Assembly (NCBI GenBank): GCA_024638625.1
Contig: JAHEJY010000004.1
Coordinates: 1 to 49,637 of the forward strand
Direction of reading: 5' to 3'
Source: Actinomycetes bacterium
Lineage (GTDB): Bacteria > Actinomycetota > Acidimicrobiia > Spongiisociales > SHLN01
DNA length: 49,637 nucleotides
Numbering within the stretch: position 1 is the first letter of the stretch; each line of letters starts with the position of its first letter. The notes beneath the pieces were generated by a model that saw only the letters and a program-made list of their open reading frames with translations, searched no databases and was not told the origin of the DNA. The translations under genes were made by a program, and so were the position numbers. Below are positions 19,811-30,205 of the stretch, one piece after another.

Positions 19811-20251
19811 GTGCGGGCCCGTGACCTCGGAGTGCGAACCGGCGATCGAGTGTGCTTGATCAATCCTCCGGTCTCGTTCGCCGAGAACCTCGGACCCTTT
19901 CCCGATGGAGCCGAGCTGGTCCGGCCCGATGCAGGCGAATTCGAAATCGCCGTGTGCTTCGTAAAAACACTCGATCTCATGGCCGAGCGATTCGAATCGA
20001 TGCGGGTACGGGTTGCGCCTCGCGGGTCGATATGGCTCGGCTGGCCCCTGAGCGCGGCGGAGACCGATATCACCTTCAACAAGGTTCAGGCCATAGGGTT
20101 GACTGCCGGCATGGTCGACAACAAGGCCACACGCCTTGACCCCGCCTGGAATGGCTTACGCTTCGTGGTCCGGCCGCAGAACCGGCCGACCTGGCCGAAC
20201 CGCGCCGTTGTCTACTCCCAGTACTCGAACGATCGCGGAAGCAGGTCCTGA
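19811..20251 (+). CDS. DUF3052-like protein
   Basis: IWLGWP...GLTAGMVDNK...WNGLRFV. Confidence 0.7.
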   Translation: MRARDLGVRTGDRVCLINPPVSFAENLGPFPDGAELVRPDAGEFEIAVCFVKTLDLMAERFESMRVRVAPRGSIWLGWPLSAAETDITFNKVQAIGLTAGMVDNKATRLDPAWNGLRFVVRPQNRPTWPNRAVVYSQYSNDRGSRS

Positions 20252-20610
20252 AGGGTCACGATCTCCGGTCCGCCCGGCGACTCGAGGACAATCCATTCGA
20301 CCCCGAACTCGGCCATACGCTGACGACACTGGCCACAGGGGACGACCCCCTGGACATCAAGACTGATGACAGCCATGGTCGAGATTCGGCGCGCGCCACT
20401 CGAAATGGCGGCACCGGTGGCGCTCGCCTCGGCACAGAGCGCGGACGGATGTGCGGCGTTTTCTACATTGGCCCCTTCGAATCGGTCCCCGCTGTCTGTG
20501 ACGGCTACCGCACCAACCCGGAAATTCGAATACGGAGCGTAGGCACGGCCTGCAACCACCCGGGCCTGCTCCAACAACCCTGTTGCTTCTTCGATCGATG
20601 GAGCGTCCAC
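20212..20610 (-). CDS. cdd: Cytidine deaminase
   Basis: AYAPYSNFRVGA, GANVENA, CAE, PCGQCRQ. Confidence 0.95.
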   Translation of the reverse strand: MDAPSIEEATGLLEQARVVAGRAYAPYSNFRVGAVAVTDSGDRFEGANVENAAHPSALCAEASATGAAISSGARRISTMAVISLDVQGVVPCGQCRQRMAEFGVEWIVLESPGGPEIVTLQDLLPRSFEYWE

Positions 20611-20618
20611 AACCTGTC

Positions 20619-21623
20619 CTAGTCGAGCAGTGCGTCTACGAAAGCGGCGGGCTCGAACGGAACGAGATCATCCATTGATTCGCCGACACCGATGAATCGG
20701 ACCGGGACGCCCGTTTCGTGTTCTATCGCGGCGACAACCCCGCCTTTGGCTGTCCCGTCCATCTTGGTGAGAATGATGCCATTCACCGGCGCCACACCCA
20801 CGAAGGCTTCGGCCTGGACAATGCCATTCTGGCCGGTCGTCGCATCGACCACCAGCATGACGTTGTCGATCTCGCCCGCCTCGCGCTCGAGCACCCGAAC
20901 GACTTTGGCGAGTTGTTCCATCAGGTTCTTGTTGTTGTGCAGCCTTCCGGCAGTATCGACGATTACGACATCGGCATCAGTGGCTCGCGCCCGTTCGATA
21001 GCCCGGTAGGCAACAGAAGCCGGATCGGCGCCGGTCTCCGCATCCACAAATTCAACGCCCAAACGATCGGCCCACATTCTGAGTTGATCTATCGCGCCGG
21101 CACGAAACGTGTCGGCGGCTCCAAGCACGACGCGCTTTTCCTCGTGCTGGAGACGCCGGGCAAGCTTGGCGATCGAAGTGGTCTTGCCGGTGCCATTGAC
21201 TCCGACCACGAGGATCACCGATGGGCGGGTGGTCATGTGAAACGAGCGATCCGGTCCGGTTAAACCTGCCACCATTTCATCACGGAGCGAGGTACGAGCT
21301 GCCTGCCCATCGACCGGCTTGGAAGCCTTCACCTGATCGACGATCCTCGCCGACGTGACCGGACCGATATCTGCCGCAATGAGCGTCTCTTCGAGCTGGT
21401 CCCAAAAGGCATCGTTGAGTGGTCCACCGAACAAGCCGCTCAACCTGCCCGAGAGGGCGTTCCGCGTCTTGGCGAGACGCGAGCTGAGAGAAACGGCAGG
21501 GGCCGGGCGGTCGACGACGAGAGAAGTTTCCTCGCGACCGGGTCTCCGGATAAAAAAGACTCCGACAACAATCAGGAGCAGCACCGATGCCACCACGACG
21601 CCAAGTATTTCGCCGGTATTCAC
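20619..21623 (-). CDS. ftsY: SRP receptor FtsY with N-terminal TM anchor
   Basis: GVNGTGKTT, ADTFRA, DTAGRL, TKMDGTAKGG. Confidence 0.97.
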   Translation of the reverse strand: MNTGEILGVVVASVLLLIVVGVFFIRRPGREETSLVVDRPAPAVSLSSRLAKTRNALSGRLSGLFGGPLNDAFWDQLEETLIAADIGPVTSARIVDQVKASKPVDGQAARTSLRDEMVAGLTGPDRSFHMTTRPSVILVVGVNGTGKTTSIAKLARRLQHEEKRVVLGAADTFRAGAIDQLRMWADRLGVEFVDAETGADPASVAYRAIERARATDADVVIVDTAGRLHNNKNLMEQLAKVVRVLEREAGEIDNVMLVVDATTGQNGIVQAEAFVGVAPVNGIILTKMDGTAKGGVVAAIEHETGVPVRFIGVGESMDDLVPFEPAAFVDALLD

Positions 21624-24600
21624 GGACTGGAAGGTAGCACGCCTCGGCCGGCTTCGATCCGCGGAGCAAGATCGGCCGGTGTGATGTCGCGAAGTCGTTT
21701 GGCAATGACTTTCGATGAACCACCCGGTTCCATCGTCACTCCGTACAAGATGTCTGCTGCTTCCATCGTCTGCTGTTGGTGGGTGATGATCAGCACCTGG
21801 CTCGACACCCGCAGCGCGTCGACCAGACGCAAGAATCTACGCAGGTTGGCGTCGTCCAGTGCCGCCTCTACCTCATCTAGCACATAAAACGGGCTCGGCC
21901 TCGCTCTGAATACCGCGAACAAGAACGCAATCGCCGCCATCGTTCTTTCACCGCCCGACAGCAGGCTCAAGCGCCTCAACCTTTTCCCGGCCGGCTGGGC
22001 ATCGATCACGACGCCGGTTTCGAGCAGATTCTCCGGATCCTCTAGCCGCAGCCGTCCCCGACCTCCGGGAAAGAGGAGCTCGAAGTTCTCTTCGTAATAC
22101 CGGGCGATGTCGTCGAATGCTTCATGGAACAGCTTCGCCATGGTGTCGTCCAATGCCCCGATCACTTTCCGTAACTCGGCGGCACTCGACTCCAGATCGG
22201 CGAGCTGGTCGGCCTGGAACAACGAACGCTCCTCGAGGGCGGCGAATTCTTCCGCCGCGAGCGGATTGACGGGACCGATGCGCCGTAGTTCGGCTTCCTT
22301 CTGATCGAGCTCAGCCTGCCAATCGTGTGAGGCCGGATCGACAATGTTCTCCGGAAGCTCGGGTTGCGGCGCAGCAAGGGCCTCCTCTTCCGATGCGTCA
22401 ACGTCTCGTCGCAGGCCTTCGGCGACGGCGTCATCCCGAACACGCAAACCCTCGGCTTCAACCGCCAGCGCACCATCCTTTTCTTTGGCCTGAGCAGTGT
22501 CTCGCTCCAACTCGGCTTTTCTCTGACGGGCGCGTTCCAGCTGGAGACCGGCATCGCCCGCAACCTCACGGTTCGCTCGCTGGCGCCCGCGAAGCTCTTC
22601 GAGGTGAGAACCGATAATTCCGATGGCTTCGCGGGCGACATGTTCGATGGCAACCAGGCGCTCCGGCTCCGAGCTCGTGATATCGATCATCGAGATTCTG
22701 TCGATTTCCGTCACTACTTCCCGCGAGCGCGTAGCCAGCATCCGGTGTCGTTCCTCGAGGGAAGCGAGGTTGGCACCAGCGGCCTGACGGGCGACCCGCG
22801 CATCATCTCGCCGGGCTGCGACAGCTTTGCGTCGTTCAGTCAGCGCTTCCCAGATCGCCTGGCGCTCTGCTTCTTCACCTTCGAGCGCCTGCAACCTCGA
22901 ACGTAGATCCTCCAGCCTCGAATGACGATGCACCGAGGCTTCCGAAAGCAGGCCAAGCCGCGCATTGATGCGGTGACGTTCGGCCTCGCCGGACTCCACT
23001 GCTCTCAGGGCTCGCTCGCGAACCATGCCAAGTTCTGTGCGCTGATGCTCGATGCGATGTAATTCGTCGAGGGCTGCGCTCTCGTCTTGTCGAGCAATCT
23101 CAAGCGCTTGCCGGTCGACATGCAATCGGGACGTCGCCTCCTTCACTCCGTCGAGGGCGGCCTGCTTCTCCCGGGTGGCCTGTTCGAGAGATAGAGACCC
23201 GACGGTGGCATCTGCACCGAACCGTACGCCGGCCGGGCTGATCACATCGCCGTTCCTGGTGACAATTCGCAACAGGGGGTGGCGGCGGGCCACGTCGAAT
23301 GCGACGTCCCAGTCGTCGGCGAGAGCGATGTCTCCGATGACGGCTTCCAGCAGAGATCCGGGGAGAGCATCATGGTTCGACAGCGCGTCTGAGAGCAGGT
23401 CGATCAGGCGGGGCAATCCCGCATCGGCCGACTCGGTGATCGGGATTTCGCCGGCCGGCGTCAGAATCGACAGGCCCCTCAATGCTTCGACGCCAAAAGA
23501 TGCCGCCAGCTTCCCGATCCGCTCGCGGGAATCGACGGCGACACCGTCCACCCACCAGCCAAGAGCGGCGTTCACGGCGGTTTTCAGATCAGCGGGAACC
23601 TCCAGCATGGCGATGATGCTCCCGAGTACCCCTTCGGTTGCCTCGATCGCTTCCCTCGTAGCGGGATCGATCCCGCTGGCTGCGCTCACGACATCGATCC
23701 TGGCGGTCGCCGTCGCCGAAGCCAATTGCAGGTCCTGAATGTCCTGCTCCGTGGCTTGTAGGTTCGACTCCGCTTGCCGGACCCGGGAACAGATCTCTGA
23801 CAGGGTCACAGACAACTCGACGGAAGCCTTTTCGGCGATCCGCAATTCCTCGGAAGCGCTCTCCGTCGAAGTGCCGTTGCTCTGCATCCGAGCCTCGACA
23901 TCGAGCAGTCGTTGCCGGGTTGTCTCGGTTTCTGCGGTATCACGTTGGTCGGCTGCTTCGAGCGCGGCCAGGTCACCTCTCAGGTTGGCTATGACACCCT
24001 CCGCCGGCATCATCTCCTGTTCGGCGAGGGATCGCTCTTCCTCTTCGAGGGCCCTCAGGGCGATCTCCGTACGGTCGACCTCGGCAATTGCCTGATCACG
24101 CTCATCAGAAATCAGATCGAGCTCGCTTTGCAGCCGCTGTTGCTCCTCGCTGAGATCCTTCAGCCGATCGTCGCGTTGTTCAAAACCAGCGAACAGCGAT
24201 CGCGACCGTTCGCCGGCGACCGAGGCAATCCGGTCGAGTCGCTCTCTTGTCGTCTCCAGGCGAGCCGCCGAAGCGGTATCCCGCTGTAGCGCACGAGAAA
24301 CGTCGCCGGTCTCGGCCGCAAGCGTCGCTATCACCGTTTCGAGATCGGCCAATTCCGCTGCGTTTTCCGCCAGCGTGTCGGCGAAACCACTTCGCAAAGC
24401 TGACACTTCGGAGGCCCGTTCCCGTAGGGAAGCCAGTGAACGGCCCCCGACAAACAGTCGTAGCGCCCGAATGCGCGCCCGCAGTTCGACGTATGTTTCG
24501 GCTGCCTTTGCTTGCCTTGCCAAAGGGCGCATCTGGCGTTGCAGCTCGCGTTGTATGTCCTGCAATCGAGCGAGATCGACCGCGGTTCGCTCGAGCCTTC

Positions 24601-25135
24601 TCTCAGCCCGCTGTCGGCGTGTCCGATGTTTTAGGACACCGGCTGCTTCCTCAATCACTGCTCGATGCTGTTCAGGCGATGCGCTCAATATCTCTGTGAC
24701 CTGACCCTGGTTCACGATGATGTGTTGATTGCGACCAACATTTCCGTCCGACAGCAGTTCCTGGATGTCGAGCAGTCGACACGCCGCCCCGTTGATCTCG
24801 TAGTCCGACGTACCGTCTCGCAACAGCCGTCGAGTGATCGTGACTTCGGACAGGTCGAGCGGAAGCCGGCCATCAGAGTTGTCGAACGTGACTGAGACCT
24901 CCGCCCGATTCTGGGCCGGCCGGTTGGCCGTTCCGGAAAAGATGACGTCCTCCATCTTGGTGGTGCGAAGTTGTTTGGTCGCCTGGGTGCCCATGACCCA
25001 GGCGAGTGCGTCGACCGTGTTCGATTTCCCGGATCCGTTCGGTCCGACGATCACCGTGACCCCCGGCTCGATCTCGAGCCGGGTTCGGTCCGCGAACGAT
25101 TTGAAACCGAGCAGTTTCATGGATTTGAGATACAT
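21620..25135 (-). CDS. smc: Chromosome segregation protein SMC
   Basis: GPNGSGKSN Walker A, coiled coils and hinge, LSGGE, LDEVEAALD. Confidence 0.97.
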   Translation of the reverse strand: MYLKSMKLLGFKSFADRTRLEIEPGVTVIVGPNGSGKSNTVDALAWVMGTQATKQLRTTKMEDVIFSGTANRPAQNRAEVSVTFDNSDGRLPLDLSEVTITRRLLRDGTSDYEINGAACRLLDIQELLSDGNVGRNQHIIVNQGQVTEILSASPEQHRAVIEEAAGVLKHRTRRQRAERRLERTAVDLARLQDIQRELQRQMRPLARQAKAAETYVELRARIRALRLFVGGRSLASLRERASEVSALRSGFADTLAENAAELADLETVIATLAAETGDVSRALQRDTASAARLETTRERLDRIASVAGERSRSLFAGFEQRDDRLKDLSEEQQRLQSELDLISDERDQAIAEVDRTEIALRALEEEERSLAEQEMMPAEGVIANLRGDLAALEAADQRDTAETETTRQRLLDVEARMQSNGTSTESASEELRIAEKASVELSVTLSEICSRVRQAESNLQATEQDIQDLQLASATATARIDVVSAASGIDPATREAIEATEGVLGSIIAMLEVPADLKTAVNAALGWWVDGVAVDSRERIGKLAASFGVEALRGLSILTPAGEIPITESADAGLPRLIDLLSDALSNHDALPGSLLEAVIGDIALADDWDVAFDVARRHPLLRIVTRNGDVISPAGVRFGADATVGSLSLEQATREKQAALDGVKEATSRLHVDRQALEIARQDESAALDELHRIEHQRTELGMVRERALRAVESGEAERHRINARLGLLSEASVHRHSRLEDLRSRLQALEGEEAERQAIWEALTERRKAVAARRDDARVARQAAGANLASLEERHRMLATRSREVVTEIDRISMIDITSSEPERLVAIEHVAREAIGIIGSHLEELRGRQRANREVAGDAGLQLERARQRKAELERDTAQAKEKDGALAVEAEGLRVRDDAVAEGLRRDVDASEEEALAAPQPELPENIVDPASHDWQAELDQKEAELRRIGPVNPLAAEEFAALEERSLFQADQLADLESSAAELRKVIGALDDTMAKLFHEAFDDIARYYEENFELLFPGGRGRLRLEDPENLLETGVVIDAQPAGKRLRRLSLLSGGERTMAAIAFLFAVFRARPSPFYVLDEVEAALDDANLRRFLRLVDALRVSSQVLIITHQQQTMEAADILYGVTMEPGGSSKVIAKRLRDITPADLAPRIEAGRGVLPSSP

Positions 25136-25374
25136 GGTCAGCTATGCGATCTCGTGGGTGTCACTGGCTGGGCCTCTTCCCTCTTCATATTGGCCGGTCA
25201 TCATGGTCGACGACCGAGCGTAGACATTCCTGTCTTGGTTGTACTGCGTGGGTCGTCATCTACCGTTCCGGTTGACGTCTGTCTGATCCTCTGGCATTAC
25301 GGGTTTCGGCCGCGGTCGGATAACTCTATTGGGACGGAATTGCATGCATGTAATTTAGCCGGGCAGACCCGCCG

Positions 25375-25662
25375 TCAGCGGCGAATCTCAAACCCGCTGA
25401 ATCCTGGGCGAGGCGGCGCCTCCCGGATCGAAATGCCAGTGACCTCCGCCGCCGATGGTCCGAGGTCGAGCCACGACAGGTACACGTCGAGATTGGCCGA
25501 CGTTCCCTGTGCAAACACCTCGACACGGCCGTCAAAGAGATTCCGAACCCATCCTGCCAGTCCGAGATCACGGGCCCGATCGGCTGCTGTGTATCGAAAT
25601 CCCACCCCTTGCACGCGACCACTCACGAACACCCGCACGGCCCTGGTGTCCTCGCCGTTCAT
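25375..25662 (-). CDS. acyP: Acylphosphatase
   Basis: VSGRVQGVGFR, GWVRN. Confidence 0.93.
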   Translation of the reverse strand: MNGEDTRAVRVFVSGRVQGVGFRYTAADRARDLGLAGWVRNLFDGRVEVFAQGTSANLDVYLSWLDLGPSAAEVTGISIREAPPRPGFSGFEIRR

Positions 25663-26504
25663 CGTGGTCGAAACGGTGGTTGGCACGTTCGACAGAAGAA
25701 GTGGCTCCGTTGGCCTAGCACCATCCGCTCGATCGGCGTTCCACACGATCGACAGGGGAGCCCGCTCCGTCCATATACGCGCAGCCTCTGGAGATACTCC
25801 CCGGCACGCCCATCGGGCAACAAATACGCCAGATCATCGAGGCTCGTGCCGCCAGCCCGAAGCCCGGCTTTCAGGACGGGTCCAATCGCGGCTCGCACCC
25901 GGCGTACCTCTTCTCCGTTCAACGAGCCGCCGGGCCGCGACCCATGAACCCTTGCGCGAAACAAGACCTCATCGGCATAGATGTTTCCGAGGCCGGCGAT
26001 GATCCGCTGGTCGAGTAAGAGAGACTTGATGGGAGCGGTCCTCTCGCGTAGTGCTGTACGGAACGCACTCGTGCGAGGCAGAGCGTTCAACGCATCGGGT
26101 CCCAGACGGGCAACAGAATGAACCGCCAGCTCCTCGGGCGTCACGGCTACGGCGAAGCCAAAGGTCCTCGGGTCGACCAACCTCAGTTCGATCTCATCAT
26201 CAAATCCAATCACCACATTGCTGTGCGGAGCACATTCCTCACCCGGAAGGGCGAGCTGGAGGCGCCCGGACATGCCGAGGTGCATGACCAGGGTCATATC
26301 CGCATCGAACCTGAGCAGGAGGTATTTGCCCTTGCGGTCGACAGCCATGAGTTTTCGCCCAAGGAGACGACTCGTGAAGTCCACCGGTATTGCCTGATGG
26401 CGAATCATCCTGGCCCGACCTACCGCAACACCTGTCACCGACCTGCCGACAAGCGGTTCCTCGAGATACCGCCGGCTGGACTCGACTTCAGGAAGCTCAG
26501 GCAC
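25659..26504 (-). CDS. mutM: Formamidopyrimidine-DNA glycosylase
   Basis: GTG start (M)PELPEVE, HLGMSG, GLGNIYADE, C-terminal zinc finger. Confidence 0.96.
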   Translation of the reverse strand: MPELPEVESSRRYLEEPLVGRSVTGVAVGRARMIRHQAIPVDFTSRLLGRKLMAVDRKGKYLLLRFDADMTLVMHLGMSGRLQLALPGEECAPHSNVVIGFDDEIELRLVDPRTFGFAVAVTPEELAVHSVARLGPDALNALPRTSAFRTALRERTAPIKSLLLDQRIIAGLGNIYADEVLFRARVHGSRPGGSLNGEEVRRVRAAIGPVLKAGLRAGGTSLDDLAYLLPDGRAGEYLQRLRVYGRSGLPCRSCGTPIERMVLGQRSHFFCRTCQPPFRPR

Positions 26505-27189
26505 CTGGCGTCCCATTCTCGAACTCAGCGAGGGCACGTCTTGCGGCCACCTGTTCGGCAGCCTTTTTCGAAGTTCCCTCGCCTCCGGACACCCGGTCTT
26601 CTGCCACGAACAGCTGCACACGGTAGCGGCGTTCGTGATCGGGCCCACTGGCACTCGATTCGTATCGAGGCCTGACTCCGCGCTGGGCCAACAGCTCCTG
26701 CAGGCGGGTCTTGTAGTCTTCTCGCCCCGGATCCGTTGCCTGCTCGTCCACCAGGTCGCCGAAAAGAGAAAGCACGACGCGGGCAGCCTCTTCATATGAG
26801 CTGTCGAGAAAGACGGCGCCGATCACCGCCTCGAGGCTGTCTGAGAGAATCGAAGGTTTGCGTCGTCCCCCACTCGTGTCCTCGCCCTTGCCGATTCGCA
26901 GATACTCGCCGAGATGCACCCGGTTCGCCACTCGAGCAAGGCTCTGCTCGTTGACGACCGCAGCTCGAACTTTTGCCAGCATCCCCTCCGCCAACTCTGG
27001 ATACTCCGCATAGAGCTTGGTCGTTATCGCCATGCCGAGGACGGCATCTCCCAGAAACTCGAGCCGCTCATTGTCATCCTCACCTTCGGTCTCCGCGGCA
27101 TAGGACGAATGGGTCAGAGCGAGTTCGAGGAGCTCCCGATTGGTAAACCGGTATCCGAGCTCGCCACCGAGTTCGTCAGGAGGCAACAC
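26497..27189 (-). CDS. rnc: Ribonuclease III
   Basis: ALTHSS, NERLEFLGDAVL, dsRBD (DYKTRLQE...SKKAAEQ). Confidence 0.97.
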   Translation of the reverse strand: MLPPDELGGELGYRFTNRELLELALTHSSYAAETEGEDDNERLEFLGDAVLGMAITTKLYAEYPELAEGMLAKVRAAVVNEQSLARVANRVHLGEYLRIGKGEDTSGGRRKPSILSDSLEAVIGAVFLDSSYEEAARVVLSLFGDLVDEQATDPGREDYKTRLQELLAQRGVRPRYESSASGPDHERRYRVQLFVAEDRVSGGEGTSKKAAEQVAARRALAEFENGTPGA

Positions 27190-28156
27190 TTGCCCGAATG
27201 CTGTCCACCAGTCCGAGGCCAGCGACTTCGTACGTCATCTTCAGAGCGGAGGCTATTGCCTCGGCGTTTGCGGTACCGTGCGCGATGGTGACCACACCGT
27301 CGACGCCCAGCAGCGAGGCTCCGCCGTACCGATCAGGATTCATGCGGTTGCGGACAGCAACCAGCGGCGGGATGACGTGCTGGGCGAGTTCGGGATGATC
27401 CGAAAGCGTATCGCTGAGACCCAGCCGAACCAGATCGACCAGGCGTTCGGCCGTTGCCTCCGACGACTTCAAAACCGCGTTGCCCGTGAATCCGTCGGTA
27501 ACGATGACGTCCGCCGTTCCCATCAGAAGATCACGGCCCTCCACATTTCCGACGAAATTGAGCTTCGATTCTTTGAGCAGTGCAAAGGCCGCCTTGTCGA
27601 CTGCTCGCCCTTTGCCTTCTTCGGATCCGTTGTTGAGCAGGCCAACCGTTGGGACATTGATGTTCAGCCTGGCTCCCGCCAGAGCCGCTCCCATAGCCGC
27701 AAACTGGAAAAGGTGTTCGGGCTTGCACTCCGGGTTGGCCCCTGCGTCGAGTAACACTCCCCCGCGAGCGGTTGTCGGAATGATGGCGGCGATGGCCGGC
27801 CGTAGAACGCCCTCACTACGGCCCAACTCGAGAACCGCAGCGGTGAGTGATGCCCCGGTCGAGCCGGCTGAGACGAGACCCTGGGCTTTGCCTTCTGCAA
27901 CGAGCCGGGTGGCTACGACGATCGACGCGTTTCGCTTCTCACGGACAGCCCGCCCCGGGTTCTCGGCCATGGTGATCACGTCAGATGCATGAACGATCTC
28001 AGCAGAACAACCGTGTTCTTGGGCTAGAGGCTCGAGAATACTCGAGTCGCCGACCAGGATGACGTCGACCCCTGCTTGGCCCGCGGCCGCCGCTCCTGCA
28101 ACCAGCACTCCGGGTTCATGGTCGCTGCCCATGGCATCGAGCGCGACGCGAGTCAT
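27176..28156 (-). CDS. plsX: Phosphate acyltransferase PlsX
   Basis: ALDAMGSD, VSAGSTGA, LDAGAN, GNVEG, DGFTGN. Confidence 0.95.
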   Translation of the reverse strand: MTRVALDAMGSDHEPGVLVAGAAAAGQAGVDVILVGDSSILEPLAQEHGCSAEIVHASDVITMAENPGRAVREKRNASIVVATRLVAEGKAQGLVSAGSTGASLTAAVLELGRSEGVLRPAIAAIIPTTARGGVLLDAGANPECKPEHLFQFAAMGAALAGARLNINVPTVGLLNNGSEEGKGRAVDKAAFALLKESKLNFVGNVEGRDLLMGTADVIVTDGFTGNAVLKSSEATAERLVDLVRLGLSDTLSDHPELAQHVIPPLVAVRNRMNPDRYGGASLLGVDGVVTIAHGTANAEAIASALKMTYEVAGLGLVDSIRASVAS

Positions 28157-28339
28157 CTAGGCGGAAGCAGTCTCGCCGACCGTACGTCCCCGATACTGCC
28201 CACAGTTCTTGCAGGCACGATGAGGCAGAACGTGTTCGCCGCAGTTCGAGCATTCGCTGATCGTCGGGGCTGCAACCCTCCAGGCAGCTTTTCTCTGCCG
28301 ACTTCGCGATCGTGACATCTTTTTCTTGGGTACGGCCAT
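28157..28339 (-). CDS. rpmF: 50S ribosomal protein L32
   Basis: [12 protein letters not shown]...CSNCG...PHRACKNCG. Confidence 0.97.
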   Translation of the reverse strand: MAVPKKKMSRSRSRQRKAAWRVAAPTISECSNCGEHVLPHRACKNCGQYRGRTVGETASA

Positions 28340-28488
28340 GATTTCTTCCGTCTACTCGTGTGTGGTGCTAACTACTCGAAGCCAGCAATTCTTGCTGGCA
28401 AGCGATCCTTGCTGGTGGTTCGTGCCGATGTTGTGCTCGCTCCGGTCGGTATACGGGCGGAAACGGTTATCGGTTCGCAGGTATCCAC

Positions 28489-28977
28489 TCATTCGAACAG
28501 ATCTTTTAGCCCTGCAAACGGTGACGATAGTTCGGATTCCTCGCAGTCGCACCTTCCATTGTTCAAATCGGTGCCACAGGTGCCACACAAACCCCGGCAA
28601 TCGGGATCGTGGACAACGTTCACGGGAACGGCCGCGAGTACCTCATCTCGCAACGCCGGCTCGAGGTCGATCGTTGTCCCCTGAATGGGGAACGTATCCG
28701 GAACCGGGTCAACGGCAAACACCTGGGTGAATGAGGGTTCAACCTCTGCCACCCACGGGGCCAGGCAACGGCTACACGTCAAGGCAATCGGGGCGGCAAC
28801 AGAACCGGTTGCTACGACGCCTGAAGGCGTGCTTTCGAGCGTCAGGTTCGCCCTGATTGGACCATCAACCGCAGCCATGTCCCGCCTGGCCTCGAGCACA
28901 CCGGTGACGGTCGCATCTCTGCGTGACCCCGGGTGAGTGAGAAGATCCCCAACCTCAACGTGAAACGCGGACGACAT
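28489..28977 (-). CDS. yceD: YceD/DUF177 family protein
   Basis: CSRCL and CRGLCGTCG motifs; upstream of rpmF. Confidence 0.9.
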   Translation of the reverse strand: MSSAFHVEVGDLLTHPGSRRDATVTGVLEARRDMAAVDGPIRANLTLESTPSGVVATGSVAAPIALTCSRCLAPWVAEVEPSFTQVFAVDPVPDTFPIQGTTIDLEPALRDEVLAAVPVNVVHDPDCRGLCGTCGTDLNNGRCDCEESELSSPFAGLKDLFE

Positions 28978-28986
28978 GAGAGGTTC

Positions 28987-29628
28987 CTAGTAGGGAACGT
29001 CCGGTGATGCCTGGCGAGGCTCCAACAGCTCCTGGCGACGATACCGGACTTCGGTCAACAGTCGGGTCAGCAGTTCGTCCAGATCCTCGAGCGACACACC
29101 AACAGCGTCCTCGGCATCGAGCCTGATCTGAGATGACTGTTGCTCGGCGTTCCGCACCAGGATGTTGGCCTCTTCGACCGCCTCGGCCATGATCTGGGTT
29201 TCTGAGACGAGCTCGGCGCCTTTTGCTTTCGCTCGAGCGATGATCTCTCTCGCTTGTTCGTTCGCTTGAGCAACGAATGCCTCGCGTTCCCGGACCATGT
29301 GCCGGGCCTGTCTCAGCTCCTCGGGTAGAGCGTCCCGCAGCAGGTGGAGGTTCTGGGCGAAGGCCGCGCGATCGATGACAGCTTTCGAAGCCGACAACGC
29401 AGCCGACTTCGCCTGCTCGACGGTCAAGATCAAGTCCTCGAGCAAGGTCTGAAGATCACCCACGGTAGCGCGGGCCATCGGCACTCCGTCGAGACCGGTC
29501 CCCGGGTCGGAGTCGAAGAGGTCGTCTCCTCCTGTTGGGTCTCCTCCTGTTGGGTCGATCATGTTGGGATCTCCCATAATCGCATTTCTCGCATTCGGGT
29601 TTCGGATTCTCGGATCTGCAAGCTCCAT
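28987..29628 (-). CDS. Coiled-coil DivIVA-like protein (SepIVA/Rv2927c-like)
   Basis: LPEELRQA...EQAREII coiled coil; conserved position between coaD and yceD; start uncertain. Confidence 0.7.
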   Translation of the reverse strand: MELADPRIRNPNARNAIMGDPNMIDPTGGDPTGGDDLFDSDPGTGLDGVPMARATVGDLQTLLEDLILTVEQAKSAALSASKAVIDRAAFAQNLHLLRDALPEELRQARHMVREREAFVAQANEQAREIIARAKAKGAELVSETQIMAEAVEEANILVRNAEQQSSQIRLDAEDAVGVSLEDLDELLTRLLTEVRYRRQELLEPRQASPDVPY

Positions 29629-29716
29629 CGGTCGTTTCTCGATGACCGGCTCACGAGTGTATGCCGCTCGTCACTCCCCGCATGTCCTAAGCCCACCTCG
29701 ATCCACAGGCGTCCTC

Positions 29717-30205
29717 TCAAGACTCGTGCTCCTGCGGGTGTCTTGAAAGCAGAGCCCTTTCTACCACCGGGGGAACCAGACCTTGCAGTTTTCCGCCAAA
29801 CTTCGCCACCTCTTTCACCAACGATGATGATAGATAGGCGTGTGTTGCGCTGGTCGGGACGAACATCGTTTCGACTCCCTTGAGGTGCCGATTCATCTGC
29901 GCCATCTGCAATTCGTATTCGAAATCGCTGACCACACGCAGGCCTTTGAGAATCACAGAAGGCGCCCGGGCAGCTGCGAACTCGGCCATGAGTCCCTCAA
30001 ACGCCTCGACCTCCACATTGTCCAGCTGCGCTGCTATCTCGCGCAACATGGCGATGCGCTCGTCAACAGAGAACATGGGCGTCTTCGACGGATTCAGGAG
30101 TACTGCAACCACGACATCCTGAAATGCCGTGCTGGCGCGTTGGATGACGTCGACGTGACCAAGCGTCGGGGGGTCGAAACTGCCGGGTACAACGGCGGTG
30201 GTCAT
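29717..30205 (-). CDS. coaD: Phosphopantetheine adenylyltransferase
   Basis: PGSFDPPTLGH, KGLR..SDFEYE, SSSLVKEVA. Confidence 0.97.
   Translation of the reverse strand: MTTAVVPGSFDPPTLGHVDVIQRASTAFQDVVVAVLLNPSKTPMFSVDERIAMLREIAAQLDNVEVEAFEGLMAEFAAARAPSVILKGLRVVSDFEYELQMAQMNRHLKGVETMFVPTSATHAYLSSSLVKEVAKFGGKLQGLVPPVVERALLSRHPQEHES

Noticed and set aside
28381-28399. GCCAGCAA-TTC-TTGCTGGC hairpin between yceD and rpmF
   Set aside because: A single hairpin without a U-tract or other support; not enough to call a leader element.
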